DNA of 64,000 nt, from the NCBI GenBank assembly GCA_963795855.1, contig CAWCIZ010000003.1, positions 1 to 64,000 on the forward strand, read 5' to 3'. The position numbers and the translations under genes are program-made. The notes under the pieces are model-generated. The model worked only from the letters and a program-made list of their open reading frames with translations, did no database searches and was not told the DNA's origin. This DNA comes from Vulcanimicrobiota bacterium. Lineage in GTDB: Bacteria > Vulcanimicrobiota > Vulcanimicrobiia > Vulcanimicrobiales > Vulcanimicrobiaceae. Below, one piece after another: positions 42,159 through 52,037 of the stretch; within the stretch, counting starts at the first letter, position 1; each line of letters begins with the position of its first letter.

Positions 42159-43430
42159 CTACCGCGGGGAACGAGATCTCCGAAGTCGCATAGCGAGCAG
42201 AACGAGCGCGGCGACGATCGCCGCAGCCGCGACGCCCGCGGCGACGGGGAGTATCGCCAAACGCCGCTGCAGCCGCGCGCACGCGCCGAAACTCGGCACG
42301 AGCTGCGTCTGGGCGCACCAGTACGTGCGCCACGTGTTCCACGCGATGTCGCGATCGTCCGAGCCCGACATGTACATCGCAGACCAGCGCGCGCGCAGAT
42401 CCGCGTCGTCGCGAAGGCGCGCATGAACTGCAGAGAGCGACTGCGCCGAAAACGCGTTCACGCCGTAGACGCGATCGAACGAATCGGCAGCTTGCCACGT
42501 TTGCGACGGCTCGTCGAATACGTAAGGCGTGTAATCGCGCAGCGAACCGTCGCCAGCAACGTCGAGACGCAAAAACGTGGGATTGTTGTCGTACACGGGC
42601 GATATCGACGGCGCGACCAGCAGCGGAACGTCGCCGAAGAGCCGGAAATCGTCGCGGTGCACGTGCGCTCCGATCGCGAACGCGATGCGGGATGCGCGCG
42701 GCGTAAGCGCGCGAACGAACGCATCCGCGCTGTCGCTGCGCCAAAACGGAACGACGAGGAGACGGTGCGCTTGCAGCGTGCTGTGCGCGTCGACGCCCGG
42801 CGGTATGTGCATGACGACGACGGCGCGCGCGTTCCGCGGCATTGCGTCGAGCGAGCGCTCCAGCCATCGCATTTCGCGCCGCGGCGCGTCGTGAACGTTT
42901 CCGCACGCGCGGTAAAAAACCGACCAGTACACGCTGTCGAGCGCAAGAACGCGCAGCCCGCTCGACGGCAGTCGAGCCGAATACCAACCGTATCGCGCGA
43001 AATTGCGTTCGAATTCCGGCGCGGCGCCGTCGCGGTTCACCAGCGGCGCCCACACGCGCGCGAGAAATGCGAAGTACGAGCTTCCCGGCGTGGCGCGATA
43101 ATCTCCGCACGGGTCGTCGTTGTTGCCGGGAACGATAATGAATTGCGCGCGCGGGAAAGTTACGTTGAAGTCGCGTGCTATGCGGGTCATGGTTTGTTCG
43201 GCCAGGGCCACGTTGCGCGGAAAATGGTGCCGCAGAAAATCTCCGGTGAGGATGACGACTCGCGGGTTCGGATCGGCCTTTCGCATCTCGGCCAGCGTGG
43301 AGTCGAACAACGCCCAGTCCGTGTCCAGAGCGTATGGCGAGGGAACCGTCGTGCCGCTATGGGGGATCACGTGAAAGTCGCCCGCAAGCAGCCAGTGTCC
43401 GAGCAGTACGGCGGCGAAAAGCAGATGCAT
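42159..43430 (-). CDS. Calcineurin-like metallophosphoesterase, acid-sphingomyelinase-like, C-terminal TM anchor
   Basis: GDFH, TGDFLRH, PGNND, MHIPPG, AHVHRDDFR, PSISPVYDNNP. Confidence 0.8.
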   Translation of the reverse strand: MHLLFAAVLLGHWLLAGDFHVIPHSGTTVPSPYALDTDWALFDSTLAEMRKADPNPRVVILTGDFLRHHFPRNVALAEQTMTRIARDFNVTFPRAQFIIVPGNNDDPCGDYRATPGSSYFAFLARVWAPLVNRDGAAPEFERNFARYGWYSARLPSSGLRVLALDSVYWSVFYRACGNVHDAPRREMRWLERSLDAMPRNARAVVVMHIPPGVDAHSTLQAHRLLVVPFWRSDSADAFVRALTPRASRIAFAIGAHVHRDDFRLFGDVPLLVAPSISPVYDNNPTFLRLDVAGDGSLRDYTPYVFDEPSQTWQAADSFDRVYGVNAFSAQSLSAVHARLRDDADLRARWSAMYMSGSDDRDIAWNTWRTYWCAQTQLVPSFGACARLQRRLAILPVAAGVAAAAIVAALVLLAMRLRRSRSPR

Positions 43431-43914
43431 GCGCTACTGGTTGTTCAAAAGTGAGCCGCACGCCTACAGTTTCGAACACCTGCAGAAAGATCGCATCACG
43501 CCGTGGAGCGGCGTGCGGAGCTTTGCGGCCCGCAACAACATGACGGAGATGCGCGCCGGCGATCTTGGCCTGTTCTATCATTCGAGCGTTGCCGAACCCG
43601 CCGCCGTCGGCATCGTGCGGGTCGTCAAAGAAGCGTACCCCGACTTCACGGCCTGGGAAAAAGGCGGCGAATACTACGATCCGCGCAGCACCCGCGCAAA
43701 GCCCATGTGGCAAATGGTCGACGTGGAGTACGTCGAGCCGCTGCAGCACCCCGTGACGCTGGCGGCGATGCGCGCCGAATCGCGCCTGGTCGGCATGGAA
43801 CTGCTCAAAAAAGGGCAGCGTCTCTCGGTCCAGCCCGTCACGCCGCACGAGTGGAAGATCGTGCTGGAGCTCAGCCGCGCGGCGTCCGGTCCTACAGCGC
43901 CTGCGACTGCGTGA
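43429..43914 (+). CDS. EVE domain protein
   Basis: YWLFKSEP, WSGVRSFAARN, GDLGLFYHS, RLSVQPV. Confidence 0.92.
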   Translation: MRYWLFKSEPHAYSFEHLQKDRITPWSGVRSFAARNNMTEMRAGDLGLFYHSSVAEPAAVGIVRVVKEAYPDFTAWEKGGEYYDPRSTRAKPMWQMVDVEYVEPLQHPVTLAAMRAESRLVGMELLKKGQRLSVQPVTPHEWKIVLELSRAASGPTAPATA

Positions 43915-45997
43915 GAAAGACTTGCTGCGCGTTGATCGGCATCTGACCCGAAGCGTTCAGACGTCGATAGGTACCGTCGCTCTGCAGTTCGCGCGCTTTC
44001 ACGTTGTCCGCGAAGAGCACGGCCAGAATCTGTCCGTAAATCGTTTCCGCGAGCAGCGGGTCGAGCACCGGCAGCACGATCTCGACGCGCCGGTCCAAGT
44101 TGCGTCCCATCCAGTCGGCCGAGCCGACGTACACTTCCCGATCGCCGCCGTTCTCGAAGACGTAGATCCTGCGAGTGCTCCAGAAACCGGCCCACGATGC
44201 TGCGCACGCGAATGCGCTCGCTCACGCCGGAAACGCCGGGACGCAGCACGCACATGCCGCGCACGTGTAAATCGACCGCTACGCCGGCGTTCGAGGCGCG
44301 ATACAACGCGCGGGTGATTTCGCCGTCCGTTAGCGCATTGAGTTTGGCGCGAATGCCGCTCGGGCGTCCCGCCTTGGCGTGCTCGGTTTCGCGATCGATG
44401 AGGGCAGTAAGTTCCCGCCGCAAGTTGACCGGAGCGACCAGCAAGTCTTCGTAATCGGTGATCTTCGAAAAGCCGGTGAGCGCGTTGAAGAGCTGCGAGA
44501 CGTCGGTGCCGAGCTCCGGCCGGCAGGTGAACAAGCTCAGGTCCGTATAGAGGCGCGCGGACTTTTCGTTGTAGTTTCCGGTGCCGAAGTGGATGTAGCG
44601 GCGAATGCCGTCATCTTCTTGACGAACGACGAGAATGACTTTGGCGTGCGTCTTGAGGCCGGCAAAGCCGTACACGACGTGAACGCCCGCGCGTTCGAGG
44701 CGCCTTGCCCATTCGATATTGTTCTCTTCGTCGAAACGCGCCTTGAGTTCGATCAGCACCGCGACTTGCTTTTCGTTTTCGGCCGCTTCGAGCAGCGCGC
44801 TGACTATCGGCGAATTCTTTCCCGACGTGCGGTATAGCGTTGTTTTTATGGCTAAAACGCGCTCGTCTTCGGCGGCTTGCCGCAAGAATTGCAGCACGGG
44901 GTCGAACGACTCGTAGGGGTGGTGCAGCAAGACGTCCGCTTCACGGATCGTCGCAAACATGTCCGTGACCCCGATGAGACGCTTGGGAATCGCCGGCGTA
45001 TACGGCGGGTCGTGCAACTGCGGATACTCTAGGTTCGCGATGCCCCAGAGATCGCCCAGTCCCATCATACCGTCGATTTCGTAGCAATCAACGCCGCTCA
45101 AACCAAGCGCCTTCAGAAGAAATTCGCGCATGTATTCGGGCATGCCGCGCTCGATCTCCAATCGCACGGGTTCGCCGAACCGGCGGCGCTGCACTCCGAT
45201 TCGATGGCACGCAGCAAATCGTCGGCTTCGTCTTCTTGCAGATCGAGATCCGCGTCGCGCGTCACGCGGAAGAGATACGAGTCGCGCACCTCCATGCCCG
45301 GAAACAGCGCGCTGAGATGGTTGGCGATCAGATCTTCGAGCAGCACGAACCAGCGCTGTCCCTCGGGCGCCGGTTCGACCGGAACGAAACGCGGAAGCGT
45401 CTGCGGAATTTTCACGCGCGCGAAGTGCAGCTCGACGCCTTCAGACGTGACCTCTTCCAATTCGACCGCAAGCGAAAGCGAGAGGCTCGATATGTAGGGG
45501 AACGGATGCCCCGAGTCGACGGCGAGCGGCGTCAGCACCGGAAACACGCGATCGTCGAACGCGCGCTCGAGATGGGCTCGCTGCTCTTCACCGAGATCGG
45601 CGACGCGCCACAGTTTGATACCATGCGCCTCCAGCGCCGGGAACAAGCCGTCGTTCAGTAAGTGGATCTGCCGCGAAAGGGAAACGCGCAAGCGTTCGGA
45701 GATTGCAAGCAGATGCTCGGACGGCGTGCGCCCGTCTTCGGACCGCCGGAACACTTGCGCCTCGATTTGCTGCTTCATCGCCGCAACGCGAATCATGAAG
45801 TACTCGTCCAAGTTCGTGCCGTGGATCGCAACGAATTTGAAGCGCTCGAGCAGCGGAGTACGTTCGTCCAGCGCCTCTTCCAGGACGCGGTCGTTGAACT
45901 CGAGCCATGAAAGCTCGCGGCTGATGTAGTACGCGGGGTCGTCCAGATTGCGAGGAAACGCTTCGGCGGGAACCGGCGCCTGGGAACGTGACAGCAT
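43892..45997 (-). CDS. ppk1: Polyphosphate kinase 1; two frameshifts (near 45193 and 44171)
   Basis: RELSWLEFNDRVL, NLDEYFMIRVA, LLHHPYESF, ELKARFDEENNI, GTGNYN, GRFLEHS, GSADWMGRNLDRRVE, spread over three frames. Confidence 0.95.
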
Positions 45998-46039
45998 GTT
46001 TGCACCGGGATTCGACGGCCGGCGAGGAAACACTAGTTC

Positions 46040-46642
46040 GTGAGTTGGGCTGACTTGGGTGCGCACGTAGAAGCCTACTTGGCACTTGCCGCAAGCGCGC
46101 TTTTTCTCGCCGCAGCGGCCGGCATCGCACTCGGACTCGCCGCTTCGCACGTTCCGGGCGCTCGTACGCCCATTCTCGCCCTTACGAATATCGGACGCGC
46201 GCTTCCCAGTTTGGCGCTCCTCACGTTCATGATACCGGTGCTGGGTCTGGGCTTCACACCTGCGCTCGTTGCACTCGTCGTGCTGGCCACCGCTCCGATC
46301 GCGATCACCACCGACGTGGCGTTTCGAAGCGTGCCCGAAGCGGCGCTCGATGCCGCTCGCGGCCTCGGAATGACGCGCGGACAAATGCTCGGGCGCGTAG
46401 AATGGCCGCTGGCCTTTCCAATCGTCTTCTCCGGCGTTCGCACCGCGGCGACGGAGGTCATCGCGAGCGCGGTGCTTGCGGCGTTCATCGGCGCCGGCGG
46501 CCTGGGAGAACTCATCACTACCGGGTTGCAAGCGAACGAACCGGACCGGCTGTGGACGGGCGTCGCCGCGATCGCGATCATCGCTTTGCTGACGGAGTTT
46601 GCGCTGGCGAGCGCGCAGCGCCGGCTAGGAGAAGCCTCTTGA
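46040..46642 (+). CDS. ABC transporter permease, OpuBB/ProW (betaine/ergothioneine type)
   Basis: RALPSLALL, DAARGLGMT (EAA motif), IGAGGLG. Confidence 0.9.
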   Translation: MSWADLGAHVEAYLALAASALFLAAAAGIALGLAASHVPGARTPILALTNIGRALPSLALLTFMIPVLGLGFTPALVALVVLATAPIAITTDVAFRSVPEAALDAARGLGMTRGQMLGRVEWPLAFPIVFSGVRTAATEVIASAVLAAFIGAGGLGELITTGLQANEPDRLWTGVAAIAIIALLTEFALASAQRRLGEAS

Positions 46643-47526
46643 CGATAACACGCCGGCGTCTGCTCGCGCTTGCCGGCGCGGCGCTCGTCATGCCGAACTG
46701 CGGTGCAAAAAGCGGCGCATCGGCGATCCGCGTCGGTTCCAAAAACTTCGGCGAAGACATCACGATCGGCGAGATCTACGCAGCCGCGTTGGAGCGCGCC
46801 GGCATGCCCGTCGAACGTCACATGAACCTGGGCAGCACGCAAATCGCGACCGCAGCCATGCAGCGCGGCGATATCGATCTTTATCCGGAATATACCGGCA
46901 CCGCCCTTATCGACGTGCTGCATTTGCCGCCGATGCATGACGCGGCCAAGCTCTTCGCAACCGTAAAGTCGCAGTACGAGCGCGCGTACGCGCTGACGTG
47001 GCTGCGGCCGTCGCCGGTGAACGACTCACAAGCGCTCGCGTGCACGCAGGCCGTCGCCAAGCGCTACAGGTTGCGCACGCTTTCAGACTGCGCGAAGGCG
47101 GCGCCGCAGCTTCGCCTTGCCGCAATTCCCGAATTCGTCGCGCGGGCGGACGCGCTTCCCGGGCTGCAAAAATTTTACGGCGGATTCCGCTTCAAAGACG
47201 TCAAGACGTTCGAAATCGGCCTGCAATACGACGCGCTGCTGCACGGCGTGGCCGACGTTGCGACGGCGTTCACTACCGACGCACAAATCGCGTCCGACGA
47301 TCTGCTCGTGCTCCGCGACGACAAAGGCTTCTGGCCGCCGTACAACGTCGCCCCCGTCGTGCGCATGGCGGCGCTGCGCGCGCATCCGCGCATTTCCGCC
47401 GTTCTCGACAAAATCGCGCCGCTGCTCACCGACGACGCGGTTCGGAGGTTGAATCTGCAGGTGAACGTGCAGCACGCGGATCCCGCGCAAGCGGCGCACG
47501 CATTTCTTCAGGAGCACGGCGTCTGA
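46639..47526 (+). CDS. ABC substrate-binding lipoprotein, OpuAC/OsmF family
   Basis: TRRRLL signal with Cys, VGSKNFGE, DLYPEYTGT, DDKGFWPPY. Confidence 0.9.
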   Translation: MTITRRRLLALAGAALVMPNCGAKSGASAIRVGSKNFGEDITIGEIYAAALERAGMPVERHMNLGSTQIATAAMQRGDIDLYPEYTGTALIDVLHLPPMHDAAKLFATVKSQYERAYALTWLRPSPVNDSQALACTQAVAKRYRLRTLSDCAKAAPQLRLAAIPEFVARADALPGLQKFYGGFRFKDVKTFEIGLQYDALLHGVADVATAFTTDAQIASDDLLVLRDDKGFWPPYNVAPVVRMAALRAHPRISAVLDKIAPLLTDDAVRRLNLQVNVQHADPAQAAHAFLQEHGV

Positions 47527-48326
47527 ACGCAAACGCGAGTGCGGTCCGGTTCGAGTCGGTCGTCGTTCGCTACCCCGGCGCCGACCGTAACGCCGTCGAC
47601 GGCGTAAGTTTGGAGATTCCGGCTGCGAGCTTCACCGTGCTGCTCGGGCCGTCCGGCTGCGGCAAAAGTACGCTCCTGCGCACGGTGAACCGGCTCGTCG
47701 TGCCGCAGTCGGGTACGGTGCGCGTCGGCGATGCCGACGTCGCGGATCGCGATGCGGTGCTGCTGCGCCGCAGCATCGGGTACGTCATTCAAGCCGTCGG
47801 TTTGTTCGCGCACATGACGGTCGCGCAAAACGTTGCCATCGTTCCCTCGCTCCTGCAGTGGCCGCGCGATCGCATTCAAATACGCGTCGACGAACTGCTC
47901 GACTTGGTCGGACTTGAATCCAAGCGCTACCGCAACCGGTATCCGCGCGAACTTTCGGGAGGCGAACAGCAGCGCGTGGGCGTTGCACGCGCCATCGCCG
48001 CACAGCCGCCGGTGCTGCTGATGGACGAACCGTTCGGCGCAGTGGACGCGATCGTTCGCCGATCGCTGCAAGACGAAATTCGGCGCGTCGCAAGCACGCT
48101 GAAAACGACGATTCTATTCGTGACGCACGACGTCGACGAAGCGCTCCGGTTGGCGAACCGCATCGTGGTGATGCGCGACGGACGAGTGGAGCAGCAGGGC
48201 GCCCCCGAAGAAATTCTTGCCGCCCCCGCGACACCGTACGTCTCCGAGTTGTTCGCGCTGGATCCGGATATGCAGCGATACGACCGGTTGCGCGGCGCGC
48301 TGCGCTCCTCCGCGACTTCCGGATGA
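47523..48326 (+). CDS. ABC ATP-binding protein, OpuA/OsmV-like (no CBS domains)
   Basis: GPSGCGKS, IGYVIQ, LSGGEQQRV, LLMDEPFGAVD, VTHD. Probable CTG start overlapping the upstream TGA. Confidence 0.9.
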   Translation: MNANASAVRFESVVVRYPGADRNAVDGVSLEIPAASFTVLLGPSGCGKSTLLRTVNRLVVPQSGTVRVGDADVADRDAVLLRRSIGYVIQAVGLFAHMTVAQNVAIVPSLLQWPRDRIQIRVDELLDLVGLESKRYRNRYPRELSGGEQQRVGVARAIAAQPPVLLMDEPFGAVDAIVRRSLQDEIRRVASTLKTTILFVTHDVDEALRLANRIVVMRDGRVEQQGAPEEILAAPATPYVSELFALDPDMQRYDRLRGALRSSATSG

Positions 48327-48943
48327 GCTACATCCAAAGCCACCTGGGCGAGATCGGCGCGCTTACGCTGCAGCACGTGGCGCTCGTTTTCAGCGGTCTG
48401 GCCATCGCGCTTGCGCTCGCCTCCGCGCTGGCATGGGTTGCTCTTCGCGCGCCGCGGATGGACACGGCGGTGTTCGCAGGCGCAGGCATCGTCTACACGA
48501 TTCCATCGCTCGCGCTGCTCGCGCTCGCCGTGAAGTATTTCGGCTTGGGGTTCTGGCCGGTCGTGCTGATCCTCGCGGCGTACGCGCAATTCATCCTCGT
48601 GCGCAGCATCGTGACGGCGCTGCGCGGCGTTCCCGACGCACAGATCGACGCAGCGCGCGGCCTTGGCATGTCGGCAGCGCAAATCTTTTGGCGCGTGCGG
48701 CTTCCGCTTTCGGCGCCGGTGCTGATCGGCGGCGTGCGGCTCGCCACCGTTGCGCTGGTCGCTATCGCAACGCTCGGCGGCTACGTCGGTGCGGGCGGCC
48801 TCGGAAGCGACATCTTCTTCGGCCTACAGCGCCAATTTCTCGCGCAAACGCTCGCCGGCAGCATTCCCGCGGCGGCGCTCGCATTGCTGGCGGACGCGGC
48901 GCTGCGATTCGCCGAGCGCGCAGCCCGTCACGGCGTGAGGTAG
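48323..48943 (+). CDS. ABC transporter permease, OpuBB/ProW
   Basis: YTIPSLALL, DAARGLGMS, VGAGGLG. Confidence 0.9.
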   Translation: MSYIQSHLGEIGALTLQHVALVFSGLAIALALASALAWVALRAPRMDTAVFAGAGIVYTIPSLALLALAVKYFGLGFWPVVLILAAYAQFILVRSIVTALRGVPDAQIDAARGLGMSAAQIFWRVRLPLSAPVLIGGVRLATVALVAIATLGGYVGAGGLGSDIFFGLQRQFLAQTLAGSIPAAALALLADAALRFAERAARHGVR

Positions 48944-51003
48944 TGCTGCAGCCAGTCGTTCAGAATATGCAGGCGCTCCGCGCGGTGGAGTGGCGAACCT
49001 GTGCGTGAAAGATCGTGATTTTCGCCGGGAACGTCGACGTATTGCACGGTGCGTCCCAGGATCTTCAGCGCGGTGAACTCTTGAATCGTTTGACCGATCG
49101 GCGTGCGCGTGTCTTCGTCCGAATGCAGAATCAGCAGCGGCGTGCGGACGTTCTGTACGAAGGTAATCGGCGACTCGGCGTAGTTGCGGCTATTCGGATC
49201 CCAGTACGGACCGAACCCATACGGTGAATCGTACGCGCCGAAGCCGTTGCTGCCGGCGAAGTCCGCGTCGAGCTGTTCAGTGCTCAAGTTGCTGACGGAA
49301 CGCTCCGCGATCGCAGCGCGATACCGATTCGTGTGCGAGATCACCCAGAGCGTCGCATATCCGCCGTAACTGCCGCCGCTCACTGCCAAACGATGCGGAT
49401 CGACGCCGGCAAACGTAATCGCTCGATCCATGACGCGCTGGACGTCGTCGAACATCGCTTCGCCCCAGTGGGCATTGAGTGCCGCCTCGAAGCCGTAGCC
49501 GTGCCCGGTGCTTCCGCGCGGATCCGCAAACACCACGTTGTAGCCCTGCCCCGCGAGATATTGAAATTCGTGAAAGAACGTTTCGCCGAATTGCGTCTGC
49601 GGGCCGCCGTGAATGTCGAGAATCGTCGGACGTTTGCCGTGCGCTTTGGGTCCCACCGCGGGCATGAACCATGCCTGGACGGTGAACCCGGCGTCGTCTT
49701 TCACGGTAAAGGGGCGCGGCTGCGAGACTTGCACGTTCGCGAGATACGCATCGTTCATACCGGTAAGCCGCCTGCTCTTGCCGCTTGCGAGATCCAGCAG
49801 ATACACTTCGCGCGGGTGCGTGAAATCGGAACGCGTGTACGCGGCATAGCGGCCGCGCGAGTCCATCGTGCATTCCGCCGATTCTCCGCTCGACGTGAGA
49901 TTGGTCAACTCGCCGGTGCGCGGGTCGAGTTTGACGAGCGCGCTATACCCAGGCTGCTCGACGTTCGCGAGCGCGAACGCATCGCCGGGTGCGAATTGCG
50001 GACCGCACAAGCCGCCGGGGTCGCCCATGTCCGCAAGGACGCTGTCGCCGAACTGCGTTTGATTTTTGGCGATGACGGCACGCGAACCGGATCCGGCAGT
50101 CGTGCGCATCAGCGCGGGGAACTGCGCCGGGTCCGCGACCCCTCCGCTGAAATACCATACGCCGCCGGCACGATCGTAGCCTAAAAGATAGTTCGCCGGT
50201 TGAGCGGACGCGATTTTTCGCATCCTTCCGCCGGACGAGGGAATCGTGTACACGTCGTTCGGACCGCCGCTAGTCGTGTCGTAGCGTAACGAGTCGAAGG
50301 CGATGGTTTTGTCGTCGGGGGACCACGTTGCATTGCCCTCCGACCAGCGGCTGCCGCTCGTGAGCGCGCGGGTTCCGCTGCCGTCGGCGTTCATCACCCA
50401 AATGTGCGCGTGCTGATCGTAAGTAAAACCGGCGCCGTTCGTTTCGAAAAAGAGATCGTGAATGATGCGAACGTCGGTTTTGCGTTGTGCTTTGCCGGGC
50501 TTGAATCCGGCGGCTTTGAAGTCGACGTACGCGTCGTGCGGCGCGTCCGTGGTGACCACTTCGAAGGCAATGCGTTTGCCGTCGTGCGAGTAGACCGGAC
50601 TGCCGGCGCCGTCTTTGAGATGCGTGATCTGCGCAAGCGCGCCCGATGAAACGGCGTACGTGAAGATTTGCGGGTGCTCGCCCTTCTTCTGCGGCCCGCG
50701 CACGAACGCGATCGTACGGCTGTCCGGCGACCACGCCGGCGAGGAATCGTGGCCGGTATGCGTGATGCGCGTAAGCCCGGCGCCGGTCGTGCGCACCAAA
50801 TACAGATCGCTGTCGTAGCGGTCTTTCGGCCCGTTCATGCGCCGCACTACGAATGCGACGCGCGACCCGTCCGGCGAAATTTGCGGGTCCGAAACGAATG
50901 CCAGTTTATACAAATCTTCGGCGGCTACGGGGCGCTTTGCAGCGGTGCTCGAGATCGGCATGAGCGCGAGCAGCGCAGCGATCACGATATGTACGGCGTT
51001 CAT
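48928..51003 (-). CDS. S9 family peptidase (acylaminoacyl/dipeptidyl peptidase), secreted
   Basis: WSPD propeller repeats, IHGGP, PRGSTG, GGSYGG nucleophile, HSDEDTR, GENH. Confidence 0.92.
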   Translation of the reverse strand: MNAVHIVIAALLALMPISSTAAKRPVAAEDLYKLAFVSDPQISPDGSRVAFVVRRMNGPKDRYDSDLYLVRTTGAGLTRITHTGHDSSPAWSPDSRTIAFVRGPQKKGEHPQIFTYAVSSGALAQITHLKDGAGSPVYSHDGKRIAFEVVTTDAPHDAYVDFKAAGFKPGKAQRKTDVRIIHDLFFETNGAGFTYDQHAHIWVMNADGSGTRALTSGSRWSEGNATWSPDDKTIAFDSLRYDTTSGGPNDVYTIPSSGGRMRKIASAQPANYLLGYDRAGGVWYFSGGVADPAQFPALMRTTAGSGSRAVIAKNQTQFGDSVLADMGDPGGLCGPQFAPGDAFALANVEQPGYSALVKLDPRTGELTNLTSSGESAECTMDSRGRYAAYTRSDFTHPREVYLLDLASGKSRRLTGMNDAYLANVQVSQPRPFTVKDDAGFTVQAWFMPAVGPKAHGKRPTILDIHGGPQTQFGETFFHEFQYLAGQGYNVVFADPRGSTGHGYGFEAALNAHWGEAMFDDVQRVMDRAITFAGVDPHRLAVSGGSYGGYATLWVISHTNRYRAAIAERSVSNLSTEQLDADFAGSNGFGAYDSPYGFGPYWDPNSRNYAESPITFVQNVRTPLLILHSDEDTRTPIGQTIQEFTALKILGRTVQYVDVPGENHDLSRTGSPLHRAERLHILNDWLQHYLTP

Positions 51004-51998
51004 GCCGGAGTATAGAGATTTACGCTAAAGCGCTCCTGCGAGTCGGTCCAAGTTCGGTCCAAACGCAGTCCGGCGTGCCGGCCTAGTGCCTTTAGGTCGT
51101 CACTGGAGTATTTGTACGAGCACTCCGTGTGAATTCGCTCGCCGCGTTTGAATCGCACCGTGAGATCGATAGTCTCGATTCGCACTTCGTGCGAGCGCTG
51201 CGCTTCCAAATACGAGGCGACGCAGCCGCGCTCGGGCTCGTACCGCGCGACGTGCCGGAAGTCGCGCAGATCGAACGTTCCGCCCAGTTCGCGGTTGATC
51301 CGCGCCAGCAAGTTCTTGTCGAACGCCGCGGTGACGCCCGTCGGATCGTCGTATGCCTGTTGCAGCATGCGCGGATCTTTTTTCAAGTCTGCGCCGAGCA
51401 AAAGGCCGTCGCCCGGTTTGAGCGATTTGCCGATCGCCGCTATCAGCTCGGCGCCTTTCGGCGGATCGTAATTGCCGATGTTCGAGCCCATGAACATCAC
51501 GAGCATCTTTCCGTTGCGGCGCAGCTCGCGCGTGCCGAGGATCGAGAAATAATCGGCTTCGTACGCGGTCACCGACAGCGCAGGATACGAATTCACGAGT
51601 GCTTGCGCGGATGCGCGCAGCGCTTCGCCCGATATGTCGATTGGCGAATACCGCAGCGCGCGCTGCACGCGCAGCACTTCTTCAATAAGGATACGCGTCT
51701 TGACGGCGCTGCCGCTGCCCAACTCGACGAATTCGACGGGATTGCCCAGCGCGCGGACGATTTCCCAACCCCACTGCTGCAGAATCGCCGTTTCCGCGCG
51801 CGTGAGATAGTATTCGGGCAGAACCGTGATCGCATCGAACAACGCCGAGCCCAGTTCGTCGTAGAAATACTTCGACGAAAGACGTTTCGGCGATTCCGAG
51901 AGTCCCTTCAGCACGTCGTCTGCGAACGAAACCGTCCGGTGCGGTGCGGGGCCGGAGCGAATGTCCAAGCGTCCCGAGGAACCGGTTATCAGATGCAT
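51000..51998 (-). CDS. egtD: EgtD-family (Methyltransf_33) SAM-dependent N-alpha-methyltransferase
   Basis: KYFYDELGSALFDAITVLPEYYLTRAE, ELGSGSAVKT, GSNIGN, AYDDPTGVTAAF, HTECSYKY. Confidence 0.85.
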   Translation of the reverse strand: MHLITGSSGRLDIRSGPAPHRTVSFADDVLKGLSESPKRLSSKYFYDELGSALFDAITVLPEYYLTRAETAILQQWGWEIVRALGNPVEFVELGSGSAVKTRILIEEVLRVQRALRYSPIDISGEALRASAQALVNSYPALSVTAYEADYFSILGTRELRRNGKMLVMFMGSNIGNYDPPKGAELIAAIGKSLKPGDGLLLGADLKKDPRMLQQAYDDPTGVTAAFDKNLLARINRELGGTFDLRDFRHVARYEPERGCVASYLEAQRSHEVRIETIDLTVRFKRGERIHTECSYKYSSDDLKALGRHAGLRLDRTWTDSQERFSVNLYTPA

Positions 51999-52037
51999 GT
52001 GCTGGGAATGATACCACGCGGGAGGAGCAAGCGAATC

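Noticed and set aside
51129..52037. N-terminal extension on the dienelactone hydrolase ORF (578 aa)
   Set aside because: Antisense to egtD; the real start is ATG 52038 after GGAGG.
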